NCBI RefSeq assembly: GCF_004010195.1 | Contig: NC_057718.1 | Span: forward strand, 78,978,676-79,042,675 | Source of the DNA: Chiloscyllium plagiosum | Lineage: Eukaryota | Direction: 5' to 3' | DNA length: 64,000 bases | In this document: one piece after another, positions 37,068 to 50,289 of the stretch | Position numbering within the stretch: the first letter of the stretch is position 1 | How the letters are laid out: the number at the start of each line of letters is the position of its first letter | Program-made: the position numbers and the translations under genes | Notes under the pieces: generated by a model | Told to the model about the DNA's origin: nothing | Database searches by the model: none | The model's input: only the letters and a program-made list of their open reading frames with translations

Positions 37068-39110
37068 GATTTGAGAAGATTTACAGCTCAGGTTGAGGTT
37101 CTGGATGTAAGTTTGCTCGCTGAGCTAGAAGGTTTGTTTTCAGACGTTTCATCAACATACTAGGTAACTTAATCAGTGAGCATTTGGTGAAGCACTGGTG
37201 ATATGGCCCGCTTTTTATTTACGTGTGTAGGTGTCTTTGGGTTGGTGATATCATTTCCTATGGTGATGTTATTTCCTGTTCTTTTTCTTGGGGGTGATAA
37301 ATGGGATTCAAGTCAATGTGTTTGTTGATAGAGGTCCGGTTGGAATGCCATGTTTCTAGGAATACTCATGCGTGCCTCTGTTTGGCTTGTCCTAGGATAG
37401 ATGTGTTGTCTCAATCAAAGTGACGTCCTTCCTCACCTGTATGTAAAGATACTAGTGAGAGTGGCTCATGTCTTTTTGTGGCTAGTTGATGTTCATGTAT
37501 CCTGGTGACTAGTTTTCTGCCTGTTTGTCCAGTGTAGTGTTTGTTACGGTTCGTGGAAGGTATTTTGTAAATGACATTAGTTTTGCTTGTTGTCTGTATA
37601 GGGTCTTTCCAGTCCATTAGCTGCTGTTTTAGTTTGTTGGTGGGTTTGTGCCAAGAAGTCTTGAAGTCTGGCAATCATTTCTGAGATGTCTTTGATGTAG
37701 GGGAGTGTGGTTAAGGTTTCTGGACTAGTTTTGTCTGTTTGTTCGTGTTTGTTGCTGAGAAATTGGTGGACTGTGTTCATTGGGTACCCGTTCTTTTTGA
37801 ATACATGGTATAGATGACTTTTCTCTGTTCTTTGTAGTTCCTCTGCTGCAGTATGTGCAGATATTGGAATGATTGCTTCTGTAGTTCAGTGTTTGGTCCG
37901 TATCTTTTGTTTTCCTCTAGATGCTGGTTTGAAGTTCTCCATGGCTGTTTGCTTTACTGCGACATCTAGGAATGGCAGTTTGTTGTTTTCCTCTTCTTTA
38001 GTGAATTTTATGCCAGTTGATGGTCTTGAACGTTTCCTCTAATTTGTTTCATTTAGTGATGATAGAGGTGTCATCCACGCAGCAGACCCAAAGTTTGGGT
38101 TGAATGGTTGGCAGAGCTGTTTGCTCAAGTTTCTGCATTACTGCCTCTGCTAAGAGCCCTGATATCGGAGATCCTTTAGGTGTTCAGTTGACTTGTCTGT
38201 AGGTTCTGTTGTTGAAAGTGAAGCGGGTGGTAAGGCATAGGTCCACTAGCTTGACGGTATTCTCCTTGCAGATGAAGTTGATGGTGATTGGTGTATGTGC
38301 CTTTGGTTCTTCTATTACTGTAGTCAGTGTTTCCTTGGTTAGGTTGATGTTGCTGGATGTGAATAGGGCTGTTACATCAAAGCAGACCATTATTTCATCC
38401 TCTTCTATCTTGGTGTCTTTGGTCTTCAGGAAAATCACCTATACAGTGTATTCAAAAAGAACGAGTACCCAATGAACAATCTGCCAATTTCTCAGCAACA
38501 AACACACAAAACTCACCCAGAAACCCTAGCCACTCTCCCCTACATCAAAGACATCTCGGAAATGATTGTCAGACTACTCAGACCGCTTGGCACAAACCCA
38601 CCAACAGCTAATGAACTTGAAAGACCCTATACAGACAACAAGCAAAATTAATGTCATTTACAAAATACCTTGCAAGAACCGTAACACAAACTACATTTGA
38701 CAAACAGGCAGAAAACTAGCCACCAGGATATATGAACATCAATTAGCCACAGAAAGGCATGATCCATTCTCACTAGTATCTTTACATACAGATGAGCAAG
38801 AACACCACTTTGACTGGGACAACACATCCATCCTAGGGAGACACGCACGAGAATTCCTAGAAGCATGGCATTCCAACCGGACCCCTCTCTGGAAACAAAT
38901 TGACTTGAATCCCATTTACTATCCCTGAGAAAAAGGACAGGAAATAACATCACCACAGGAAATGACATCACCAACCCAAGGAAACCTAAACACAATTATA
39001 AAAAGTGAGCCATAACATCAGTACTTTACCGGAGGCTCTCTGATGATACCTAGTATGGTGACGAAACGTTCGAAAGCAAACCTTCCACCTCAGTGAGCAA
39101 ATTTACATCT
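37068..39110. mobile_element. Penelope-like element (family C), large inverted structure: RT and GIY-YIG on minus (to ~38430), 3' part repeated on plus
   Basis: MVCFDVTALFTS, WV(C)(C)VDD, NVIYKIP...YTGQTGRKLVTRIHEH; hammerhead-like ends at ~37140-37178 (-) and 39040-39072 (+). Confidence 0.9.
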
Positions 39111-39229
39111 ATAGGTATTCTTGTGACGTTTGTAATGTCTTGTTAAATGCAAAATGAGCACCTTCGACATACGGTCTTTTGGCAGTGCCCAAGTGCAGTA
39201 CTACCAAACATCAATTAGGAACAGCGCAG

Positions 39230-40060
39230 TTTTGGATCAAATTTTGTGTAATGGGGAAGGTTAATTAGTAATGTCATGTCAATAAGTCCTTTTACAAAAG
39301 AGATCATTAATATATTTGAATTGCACAATAAGTTTCAGAGAGGCTAAGCCTGAGCAGTATATGTCAGTGGTTAATTATGGCTGTTCTTTATATAGATTTA
39401 GATTTATAAATGTAGATTGAAAGAGGCCTAGGATGTTGCAAAATAAGTCTGAGGGCAGTTTTAAAACTAAGTGTCATCAACGTTTTTTGACAAGAAAGAA
39501 AAAGACATTAAACAGGGATTTAAAGATATATTGTAAAAGTATGTGTGCAAAAAAACTAAAGTAAATGTTAGTCCCTTAGGGACAAAAAAAATTATTATGG
39601 GGATGGGGAAAAAGAATATTTTGTTTGACTTCACAGAAAACTCTCATTGCATGCCAAAAGTCAAGGGTAACCAAGAGCTAATGAGAGTGAACAGTTTAAG
39701 GTAATTAATATCAAAGAGAACTTATTGAAGCTTCGGAGATTAAAAGTCAGTAAATCCCCAGGATCTGATTATTAATTTTAGAATCCTAGGATGGAGGTCA
39801 TGGTCATGATTTTCTAAATTCTGATTGTGATGTTTTCAACAGATTGGAAATTAACAAATATAAGATGTATTTTCATAATTAAAAGGGAAGCAAACTGGGA
39901 ACTGCAGAAATCTTATTTTTAAGTGTATTCAAGGTCAGAAAACAAATTTATGATCTCTGAGAATGAAACGATATGATTGGTAGGAAAGTGAGTTGAGTCA
40001 GAAAGTCAACCTTGATCATACTGAATGGTGTAGAAAGTTCAAGGGACCCTGTGGTCCAAT
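39230..40060 (+). mobile_element. Old CR1 remnant
   Basis: taaatccccaggatctgat (KSPGSD), gattggaaattaacaaat, and a CR1-like tail. Confidence 0.55.
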
Positions 40061-41403
40061 TCTGTTTTTTGCACTAGGGATTGCCTCATTAGGATTTGAA
40101 TGCGTTGCATTCCTTTATCAGCGCTGGTCATTCATTCACCTAGAGGGAAGTCCTTGGCCTGCTGATACTACTTCCTGAACCATTTTTAGTGCTGATTTAC
40201 GATTGTTTTCTACCCCCAACGGCAGGGCAATGATGCAGGTCCCAAGTCTACTTCAGCTGGAATGGGAGTCAAATGCACACTTTTGGCATTTTTCTGAACC
40301 ACATGTTGATCATCTAACCACCTTAGCTAACCAATTAACTTATGATCATATATTCACGGTGCAATCTAGTGAACACTACATTTGATCATTATACTTTTCA
40401 CTTGCAGTGCCAAATTGTAGAATACCTGCAATACGCAAGACATGTGTTTGATCTACATTGCCTGCATATGTTTATTAGAATCTACTCGAATTCCTGGATC
40501 TCTTTTAGCTCCATTTTAGCTACAGTATATTGCAACACTAGACACCAAAGGCTACTTTTTTTTATTTTTAGGTGTATCACTATCTTGTCTGCATTAAATT
40601 ATATCTGCAGTTTTGTCCACTTAAATGTCTTGCCAATCTCATCCTTTAATCTCTTGCCTGCTTAGTTTGATTGCAATGCCAATCCAATTATAGTCTCCTT
40701 TGTAAATGTGATGACTTTACTTTAAGTTTTGATATTCACATACATTAAATTTATCTATTTTATCTTAAGACTGGTACTTTTCACGTCACTTGCTAATATA
40801 ATCTCACACACTCTTACTTTTCACTTTTCTAGTTCTGCTCTGTACAGTCTATATTCTGTTTTGTTTCTTGCGTGCATAAAGAACCTGACTTGAAACTTTT
40901 TCTCTGTTTCACTTTGGTCTTTATTGACAGCCATCTGGGAGTTTTAACCCTGGATGCCTTCCTGTATCCCTCATGGAATCTTCTCTTGGAAGCCCTTCCA
41001 CTGCCATTTTACAGTTTTATTGGTCAGTCTTTGATTCCGTTCCACCTGTATCCAGTTATTTTTTTAAAGTTTATCACTGTTAGATCTCCTCTTTCTGTCC
41101 CACCTTGTGTGTTTGTGCACTTGATTTATATGTTTTTCCAGAATAGTTCTAAAATTAGTGATGTTTTGATTCCTGTTCTGCAAAAGCTAACCTGCTGAAA
41201 CATATTGCACTTTCCCACTTCATTCCCCTGAACTAGGTCCAGCAATTGTGCCTTTAACCCAGAAACCTGTTGATCAAGAAAGTACACGTATCAGGTATTC
41301 TTTCTAATTACTTTTTATTATTTTCCAAATCTATATTATTTTCTACTCTGTACTCTGATAATTGAAGTCTTCTATTTATCACTATTTTAAGATTCTTGTA
41401 TCT

Positions 41404-41482
41404 TCCTGATGAAAGATTCAGACTTGAAATGTTGACTTCCCTGCTCCTCATGCTGCTTGATCTGTTGTGTTTTTTCCAGCTC
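41404..41482 (+). mobile_element. Penelope pLTR fragment starting at a hammerhead core
   Basis: cCTGATGA aagattcagactt GAAA tgttgac...tgctgcttgatctg. Confidence 0.65.
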
Positions 41483-41919
41483 AAGTCTAATTCTCCCATA
41501 AGTCTAACCAACACTCAAGTACATCATTCTTCTCCAGGGTTGTAACTACATCTTTGATTATATTACCACAGTTTTTTTTAAATTTCTTTATTCAAAACCA
41601 GCTATAGCTAGGAATATTAAGTTCCCAGTCCTCCCCTTCTTCGAGATGGGTCTCCTGTTATTGCTGCTGTCTCATCCTGTATAGCAAATTGTGTCTGCAC
41701 TCACCACGATTAGTTATACTAAATCCATATAGGTCTGCTTCTTAGCTGGACTCATATCTAATGTCTCATTTTTTCATTACACCCTTTTGTTTTTAAAAAT
41801 TATATTCTCTTTATTCTAATGTTTTTTGCTTCTATTAAATCTCCTGGAGTCGTTTCTCCTTTCTGATCCTCCTTACTGTGCTTTTTCCCTGCCAGATTAG
41901 TTTAAACCTTCCCCATGTT

Positions 41920-44900
41920 GAGTCATAGAGATGTATAGCACGGAAACAGAACTTTTGGTCCAACTCATCCATGCTGACCAGATATCCTAACCTAATCAAG
42001 TTCCTTTTGCCAGTCCATGGCAGTTACTTGGTCCATAACCCTCTAAACCCTTCCGATTCATATACCCTCCATCTGCCTTTTAAATGTTATAATTGTAGCA
42101 GTTTCCACCACTTCCTATGGCAGCTCATTGCATGCATGTATCACCCTCTGTGTGAAAACGTTGCCCCTTGGGTCCCTTCAAAATTTTTCCCTCCTCACCC
42201 TAAACTTTTGCCCTGTAGTTCTGGGCTCCCCCACCCCAGGGAAAAGACTTTGTCGATTTATTCTATCCATACCCCTCATGATTCTATAAACCTCTATAAG
42301 GTCAGCCCTCAGCGTCTGACGCTTTAGGGAAAACAGCCCCAGCTTATTCACCTCTCCTTTATTGAGCAATAATCTCACAACCCTGCCAACATCCTTGTAA
42401 ATCTTTTCTAAACCTTTTCAAGTTTCACAACATCCTTCCAATAGTAGGGAGACCAGACTTGCACGCAATATTCCAAAAGTGGCCTAACCAATGTCCTATA
42501 CACTGCAACATGACCTCCGAATTCCTTTACTCAATATTCTGACCAATAAAGGAAATTATACCAAATGTCGCCTTCACTATCCTATCTACCTGCAAATAGG
42601 AGCTATGAACTTGCACACCGAGGTCTCTTTGTTCAGCAACATTCCCCAGGACCTTACCATTCAGTGTATAAGTCCTGCTCTGATTTGCCTTTCCATAATG
42701 CAGCACCTCACATTTATCTAAGTTAAAATCCACCTGCCACATTTCAGCCCACTGGCCCATCTGATCAAGATCCTGTTGTAATCTGAGGAACCTTTGCTGT
42801 CCACTGCACCTCCAGTTTTTGTGTCATCTGTAAACTTACTAACTATTCCTCCAATGTTCACATCCAAATCACTTATATAAATGACAAAAAAGCAGTGGAC
42901 CCAGCACTCTGTGAGGCAGCAGTGCTAACCACTGTGCCACCATGCCGCCCATCTGTAAACTTACTAACTATTCCTCCAATGTTCACATCCAAATCACTTA
43001 TATAAATGACAAAAAAGCAGTGGACCCAGCACTGATCCTCGTGGCACTCTACTAGCCACTAGCTTCCAGTCTGAAAAGCAACCCTCCATCACCACCCTCT
43101 GTCTACTACCTTCGAGCCAGTTCTGTACCCAAATGGCTAGTTCTCCCTGTGCATTCCATGAGATCTAACCTTGCTAACCAGTCTACCATGAGGAATCTGG
43201 TTGAATGCCTTACTGAAGTCCATATAGATCATGTCCACCGCTATGCCCCCATCAATTCTTTGTTACTTCAAAAAACTCAAATCAAGTTTGTGAGACATGA
43301 TTTCCCATGTACAAATCCATGTTGATGATCTCTAATCAGTCCTTGCCTTTCTAAATACATGTAAATCCTGTCCCTCAGGATTCTCTCCAACAACTTGTCC
43401 ATCAGCAAAGTCAGGCTTACTGGTCTATAGTTCCCTGGCTTTTCGTAACCTCCTTTCTTTAACAGTGGTATCACGTTAGTCAACCTCCAGTCATCCGGCA
43501 CCTCTCCTGTGACTATTGATGATACAAATTTCTCAGCAAGGGGCCCAGCACACACTCCCCTAGCTCCCCACAGAGTTCTAGGGTACACCTGATTATGTCC
43601 TGGGGATTTATCCACGTTTGTGTTTTATGCTGTCCAGCAACACCACCTCTGTAATATGCACATTTTTCAAGATGTCAGCATCTATTTCCCCACATTCTAT
43701 ATCTTCCATGACCTTCTCCACTGTAAACACTGATACAAAGTACTTTTTTCATATCTCCTGAGGTTCCACACAGAGGCTGCTTTGCTGATCTTTGAGGGGA
43801 TCTATTCTCTCACTGGTTACCCTTTTGTCCTTAACGTAATTATAAAATCTCTTTGGATTCTCCTTAACCCTATTTGCCAAAGCTCTCTCCCTTTTTGCCC
43901 TCTTGATTTTCCTCTTAAGTACACTCCTACTGTCTTTATAGTCGTCTCAGCATTCACTCCCTCTCTGGTGTCCATACCTGACACATGCTTCCTTCTTTTT
44001 CTTAACCAAACCCTCAATTTCTTGAGTCACCCAACATGCCCGACACCCACCAGCCCTGCCTTTCTCCCTAACAGGAATATACTGTCTTTGGACTCTAGTT
44101 ATCTCATTTTTGAAGACTTTCCTTTTTCCAGCCATCCCTTTATCTGCAAACATCTGCCCCCAATCCACTTTTGAAAGTTCTTACCTAATACCGTCAAAGT
44201 TGGCCTTCCTCCAATTTAGAACTTCAACTTTTAAATCCAGTCTATCCTTTTTCATCACTATTTTAAAATTAATAGAATTATGGTCGATGGTCCCAAAGTA
44301 CATCCACATACTGAATCAGAAAAGTTTCTTGTGCATGGTTATCAAATTCATCTCGATCTAAACCCTTAACACAATGGTAGTCCCAGCCTATGGTTGGAAA
44401 GTTAAAATCCCCGACCATAACCGCCCTATTATTCTTGTAGATAACTGAAATCTCCTTACTAATTAATTTTTCTCAATTTCTCACTGACTATTGGGAGATC
44501 TATAACACAATCCCAATAAGGTGGTCATCCCTTTCTTATTTCTCAGTTCCTCCCAAATAACATCTCTGGATGTATTCCCAGGAATATCCTCCCGAAGTAC
44601 AGCTGTAATGCTATTCTTTATCAAAAACGATGCTTCACCTCCTCTTCTGCCACCACTCCTTCCTATAACATTTGTATCCTGGAACATTAAGCTGCCAGTC
44701 CTGTCCCTGAGTCACATCTTTGTAATTGCAATGATATCCCAGGCCTGTGTTCCTACCCATGCCCTGAGTTCATCTGCCTTCCTGATTCAGCCTCTTTTTC
44801 ATTGAAAATATTTGCAGTTTAACTTTTCAGTCCTACGTTGTTCTCTGCTTTCTTCCTGCCTACCCCGACTGTTTGACACACTCCTTTTCCCAACTGTACC

Positions 44901-46520
44901 AGTCTCCGATTGATCTCTTTCCTTACTATCTCCCTGGGTCCCAGCCCCCTTCTTTGCCAGTTCAAATCCTCCAGAGCAGCCCTGGCAAATCTCCCTGCCA
45001 GTATACTGGTTTCCTTCCAATTCGGGTGCAATCTGTCCTCCTTGTACAGGTCACTTCTCCTCTAGAAGAGATTCCAATGATCCAAAAATGTGAACCCTTC
45101 TCCCCTGCAGCAGTTCCTCAGTCACGCATTCATCTATCCTCCTCATTCCTACCCTCACTAGCTCATAGCACCAGGTGTAATCCAGATATTACAACCTTGA
45201 GGATCTCCTTTTTTTTTAAAAAAAATTCCAGCCTAACTTTCTACATTCTCCCTTCAGAATCTCATCCTTTTCCCTTGTGTCATTATTTCGAATGTGTACA
45301 ATGACCTCCTGCTGGTCCCTTTCCCCTTGAGAACATTCTGCACCCTCTCTGAGATATCCTTGATCCTGGCACCAGGGAGGCAACGCATCAATTCTTATTT
45401 CTTGTTGCTGGCGACTGAAACATCTGTCTGTGCTTCTGACTGGATAGTCCCCTATCGCAATCGATAGCTTGGAACCTGATGTACCCCTCATTAGGGCCAT
45501 TCTCAGTACCTGAAACTTGGCTGAGAGTCCATCTCCCTACATTTTCCAAAACAGCGTACTTGTTTGAAATGAGTATATTCACAGGAGACTCCTGCACCTC
45601 CTGCCGTCCTCTCCTACCTTCCCTGTAGTTAACCATCTACCTGACTGTATCTGCGGCTTTTCTCCCTTCCTATAACTGCCATCTATCACGTTCCCCAGCT
45701 CTTGTAAATTTCTCAATGTCTTTAACTGCCGCTTCAACCAATCTATGGTGGCATTTGCAACCAAACATACTTCCTGCAGACATAATCATCAGTAACATGG
45801 AAACTCTCCCTAATCTCCCACATCCAACAGGAAGAGCATTTCACTCTATTAAAGGCCATCTTTTGCTCCTTCACAATCTACAGACCCAGAAAATACCCCA
45901 GTCTTACAGCTCTAAAAACACTGCTCTAGGATAAGTTAGTACTAATGGTTTATATTTTTAAAGTTTAATCAAGAGACAGATCTCAATAAAGCATATACAG
46001 AGGAACCTTGATTATCTGGCATTCGATTATCAGAATATCAAATTATCCAGCAAAATTGCAAGGTCCTGATACTTGGCTAAACTGTGTTATCCAGCGTTCG
46101 ATTATCTGGAATTTGGTTAACTGAACGAAATACTCCCTACCCGTGTCCTTTGGATAATCGAGGTTCCTCTGTAATTAAGAAAGAACCCTCTCTACTCACT
46201 ATTGTAGATTTACAGCAGGATTACTCTTAAAACTATGCATTTATCTGCTCCTGTGCTGTGATCTCTACCACACAGGTTCCTCCAAGGACAGCTGTGAATT
46301 TCGCTGTTTGTTTATTTTTCCGAGACACATACCCATGTTCAGAAACAAGTGCCTTGTTTTGATCCTTTTCCCCTAAAGTTACAAAACAATGCAACAGCAT
46401 ATAAAATAGTAATTGCTGCTCCTGGAATTTGAGGCAATCACCTCCAATACCTAAAATACATCAAAAAGGAGCAGTTTTTACAATTTTTTTTCCCCATCCT
46501 CTCTCTTGGATTACCCAGAA
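41920..46520 (-). mobile_element. Near full-length decayed CR1/HER1 LINE: 5' UTR, esterase-type ORF1, ORF2 APE-RT, 3' end
   Basis: ORF1 IAIGDYPVRSTDR and HPNWKETSILAGRF; ORF2 GLCYRSPNS, NYRPVSLT, HQHGFVHGKSCLTNL, WQVDFNLDKCEVLH. Confidence 0.92.
45998..46171. mobile_element. Tigger-like MITE
   Basis: TIR cagaggaacct(t/c)gattatc at both ends, TA TSD, internal gattatc subrepeats. Confidence 0.9.
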
Positions 46521-47082
46521 TCCTTCTAAATTCTTTTCAAGGTCATTGATCCCAACCCTATTGATGCACAACTTGAGCCCTATGAACAATGCATTGCTAT
46601 ATCTCTCTCTGCCCTTGTTGCAGTAATTTGTCTTATAGTATTATGGATTTGCATTAGATTCCATTACCCAAGGTGTTGTCCTACTCATTTAATATTTAAA
46701 TACTGGTTTGAGTGCACCTCATTTGTGGAGGAATCCTACGTTTCTGATTTCTTCCTGCCAAGCCAGCTTGTCATCCACTGAAAGCTACTTACTAGTAAAT
46801 TTGAAGGGATTGTTTAATTAGGTTGTTGAGAAACCTGCAGTACCAATGAAATTTCTCATTACTTGGGAGACTTCTTTCTTTTCTCTCCCCAGTGGTTTTT
46901 GTCATTAATAAAACATGTATAGTGTGTAACCTATAAGTCTGTGTATGCACATTCATGTTCACTTGAGCCTGAGGGAATGCTGATATAGATAAACCAAGGT
47001 TCTCCCCACCCAAGCACACGTTGTGGTTGCCAACTGGTTGTAAGTTTTTAACTCCTAAGGTTTTGCCCTAAGCAACACTAGT

Positions 47083-47398
47083 GGGTGGCTCAGTGTTTGG
47101 CACTGGTTCAAATCCAGCCTCTGGGCAACTGTCTTTGTGGAGTTTGCACATTCTCCCCTTGTCTGGGTGTTTTTCCTCCGGGTGCTCTGGTTTCCTCCCA
47201 CAGTCAACCATGTGCAGGTTAGGTGGATTTGCTGTGCTAAATTGCCCAAAGTGTCCAGGGATGTCCAGGCTAGGTGGATTAGCCAGGGTAAATGCAGGGT
47301 TATAGGGGTGTGGAGGTGAGTCTGGGTAGAATGCTCTTTGGAGGTTTGGTGTGGACTCGATGGGCTGAATCGCCTGCTTCCATACTGTAGGGATTTTA
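47083..47398 (+). mobile_element. HE1-type V-SINE (older) just upstream of the MAP3K4 exon
   Basis: V-domain tgtggagtttgcacattctcccc...ttcctcccacagtc. Confidence 0.85.
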
Positions 47399-47464
47399 GT
47401 AGCTGCTTATATGTATCCAAAGCATTTGTGCAACAACTGGAGTAATTTGTTTTTCATTTCTCAG

Positions 47465-47649
47465 GGAAAACAAAAAATCAGGGGATGTAGCTTCTGAAGA
47501 TATTGAATCAGATGAATATTCTGATGAATCTAGCATTGAAGGTTTTTATGGAACTTCACCACCTAGTACCCAACGACAGATAAAACGCATGTCAACTAAA
47601 CATCACAGGAATAACGTTGGGAAAACAGACAGTCGCTCTGGTAATAAAG
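47465..47649 (+). CDS. MAP3K4: Internal coding exon (exon 2 equivalent) of mitogen-activated protein kinase kinase kinase 4 (MEKK4)
   Basis: Acceptor ttttcatttctcAG and donor AAG|GTTAGT; entry phase 2, exit phase 1. Translates ENKKSGDVASEDIESDEYSDESSIEGFYGTSPPSTQRQIKRMSTKHHRNNVGKTDSRSGNK, matching the recalled vertebrate MAP3K4 segment YGTSPPSTPRQMKRMSTKHQRNNVG. Confidence 0.93.
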
Positions 47650-47869
47650 GTTAGTATGATTCAAAAGTTTGCTTTGCTTTCCTTTTCATTAGTATCTTGT
47701 AATGAAAGAGTGCACTACTATTAAATAATCCCAGTTTTGAAATTATGATTGTTTACAGCAGTGGTTGCTGTCTAGGATGGGTACTGACTTTGCCTGATAC
47801 AAGGATACTTCAATTCATTTTTTAAACTAGCATTGGTCAAGTTGAGCTATTTTCCATTTTGCACCAACT

Positions 47870-48240
47870 TTATATACTGCATGTAATGTTACTATAAATG
47901 TAATAAAACATTTCAAGGCACATCTTTTATTGTGAAATGCATTTACAACATGGAGTCACAGAGGACAATTTGTTCAGGTGACCTAAAGTTTAGTCAAGGT
48001 ATGTTTGCAGTATTTCAGTTGCTTAACCAACATTTTGTACAGTTCCAGCTTAACCTCCATACTCTTGTCTTTATTGGTTGGAGTCAAGGAGGTAGATTTT
48101 AAGGAGTGTGTTAAGGGAGGGAAGCTAAGTCAACAGGTAGAGTGTTTTCGTGAGGTTGTTCCAGAGTTTGGAGCCTGAGTTGCTGAAAGCTCAGCCACCA
48201 GTGCTGAAACAATTAAAATTGGAGATAAATAAGGCTTACA
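47870..48240 (-). mobile_element. L2-type LINE 3' part (appears to continue at ~49560-49860 and ~51560-52000)
   Basis: gaggtagattttaaggagtgt...ttccagagtttggagcctg is typical of an L2 3' region. Confidence 0.55.
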
Positions 48241-48249
48241 AACTCGTTC

Positions 48250-49560
48250 ATAGATGTTTACAGCACAGAAGGATATTTGGCACATTGTAAATCTGTTGAC
48301 AATGATCTGACTAGATGAATTCTATTTTCCATTGCTTGGCCTAGAGTACTGAAAACTGTGGCAAGGCAAGTGAATATCTAAATACTGCCTAAATGTTATG
48401 AGTGTCTGATTCTAACACCCTTTTTTAGGTGTTGAGTTCAGACTCCCACCACCCTCTGGGTGAAACATTTCTCCCAAAACTCCCTTCTTAGACTGCTATC
48501 TGTTGCCATCAAACTGTCCCTTGATTATTGATCCTTCTACTAACAGAAAAAGTGCTTTCCTATCCACCTTGTCTATGCCCTCATAATCTTGTACACCTCT
48601 ATCAGGTCCCCTTTCAACCTTTGGTGCTTAAAGAGAAACAGCCTATCCAGTCTTTGCTCACAGCTCAGATCCTCCAGCCCAGGCAGCATCTCTTCTGCAT
48701 CTTCTGTAATGCAGTTACATCCTTCTTATAACTTGGTGACCAAAATTTCATGCAGTACTTCACTTATGGCTTAACTAGCATTTTATACAGTTCCAGCTTA
48801 ATGTCCATATTCTTGTCTTTATTGGCTGAGGCGAAGAATACAGGTATTCCAAGTATTACCTTAGCCACCTTATCTGAGAGTCAATAGATACCTATTAGCT
48901 AGAATTGCTCTTTTACCTTCAGGGATCTGTGGTTATGCACACTAAGGTCTGTCTGATGCTCGGTAATTTTCAGGGTTTTGCCATTCATAATCTAATTCCT
49001 TGCCTTGTTAGCTGTCCCCAACTCAATTAACTTGAGTATTTCTGGATTAAATTCCATTTTCTGTTTACATTTCCATTTGACCAATTTATTGATATCTTCC
49101 TGCTAGAAGATAGTAAATGGCTATCTTCTTAATTATTTCTTACTACAGCCACTGTTGTCATAGATTTGCATCCCCTATGTTTAGGTCAAAATCATTAATG
49201 TGCAGTAAAACAGCCAAGTTCCTTGCATCAAATCTCATTCTACTGGAACCTGTCTTTCCAGTCACAGAAATATCCCTCTACTAACACCACCACCTTCCTG
49301 CCTCTCTGGCAATTTTGGACCCAACATGGCAGTTTCATTTGGATCCTATAGGCTCTTACTTCCTTGACCAGTCTGCCATGAAGGACCTTTATCAAAGCCT
49401 TGCTAAGATTCATGTAAACCACTTCAATGTATTATCCTCATCATCACCCCTAGTTACTTGCACAATATTCCCTTAAGTCCAAGGTAAATATTCCTAATTA
49501 ACCTGTCTCTCCCAGTGGAGATATATTGTGTCCTTCAGAATTCTTTCCAATAACTTTAAT
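48250..49560 (-). mobile_element. CR1 LINE remnant nested in L2
   Basis: VYMNLSKALIKVLHGRLV (from VYMDFSKAFDKVPHGRL). Confidence 0.8.
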
Positions 49561-50289
49561 AACAAGAAGGCATGGTTAGAGGAGTGGAGAAGTCTTGAAG
49601 TTTGGGAGAGTTTACAGAGGTGGAGTGGAGTGAAGCTATTGCTTCTGAGAGCTTTTCAAAATAAATACGAGAATTTTCAAATCAAGACTTCTTCGGATGG
49701 TGCACAACAGGAAGCAGAGGAGCGAAAGGGCAAAGGGGAGCCTGAACTCAGACCATTTCCAAGGTAACTGAGGAACAGAGTTTGAGGCAGGGTCAAAAAC
49801 AATGGCTTCAGTCTCCCTAATATTTAATTAGAGGATATTTCACACATGCAATGCTGGATGATGCAACTGATTTCTCCCACACCAGTCTTCAGCCACGCAT
49901 TGAGCGCTCTCCCCTTGTTTACCCTATACCAATTTGTATGTAGCTCAGTTGCTAATCTTTGAGGTTTTTCTGCATCTTGATTTAGTACCTAGCTCCTCTT
50001 ATTGACTATGCAGATCCTCTTTCCTGCTTCTACCTATGCCACTGGTGCCAACAGGGCTACAAGAACTGGATCCTCCCCTTCCCATTGCAAATTCTGCTCC
50101 AGCCTATAGCCAATATCCTGAACCCTTGCACTGGGCAGACAACAGAACTGTGTGGACTTGTGCAGTTTGCTGCAGAGCTGTTAGTACCTCTGATTATGCT
50201 GTCCTATGCTGCTGCTACTACATTCTTTCTGGTTCTTCCCTACCCCTCCCCCCAAAAGTTTTTTTCTTTGCAAACTTTTCCATGAAGGG

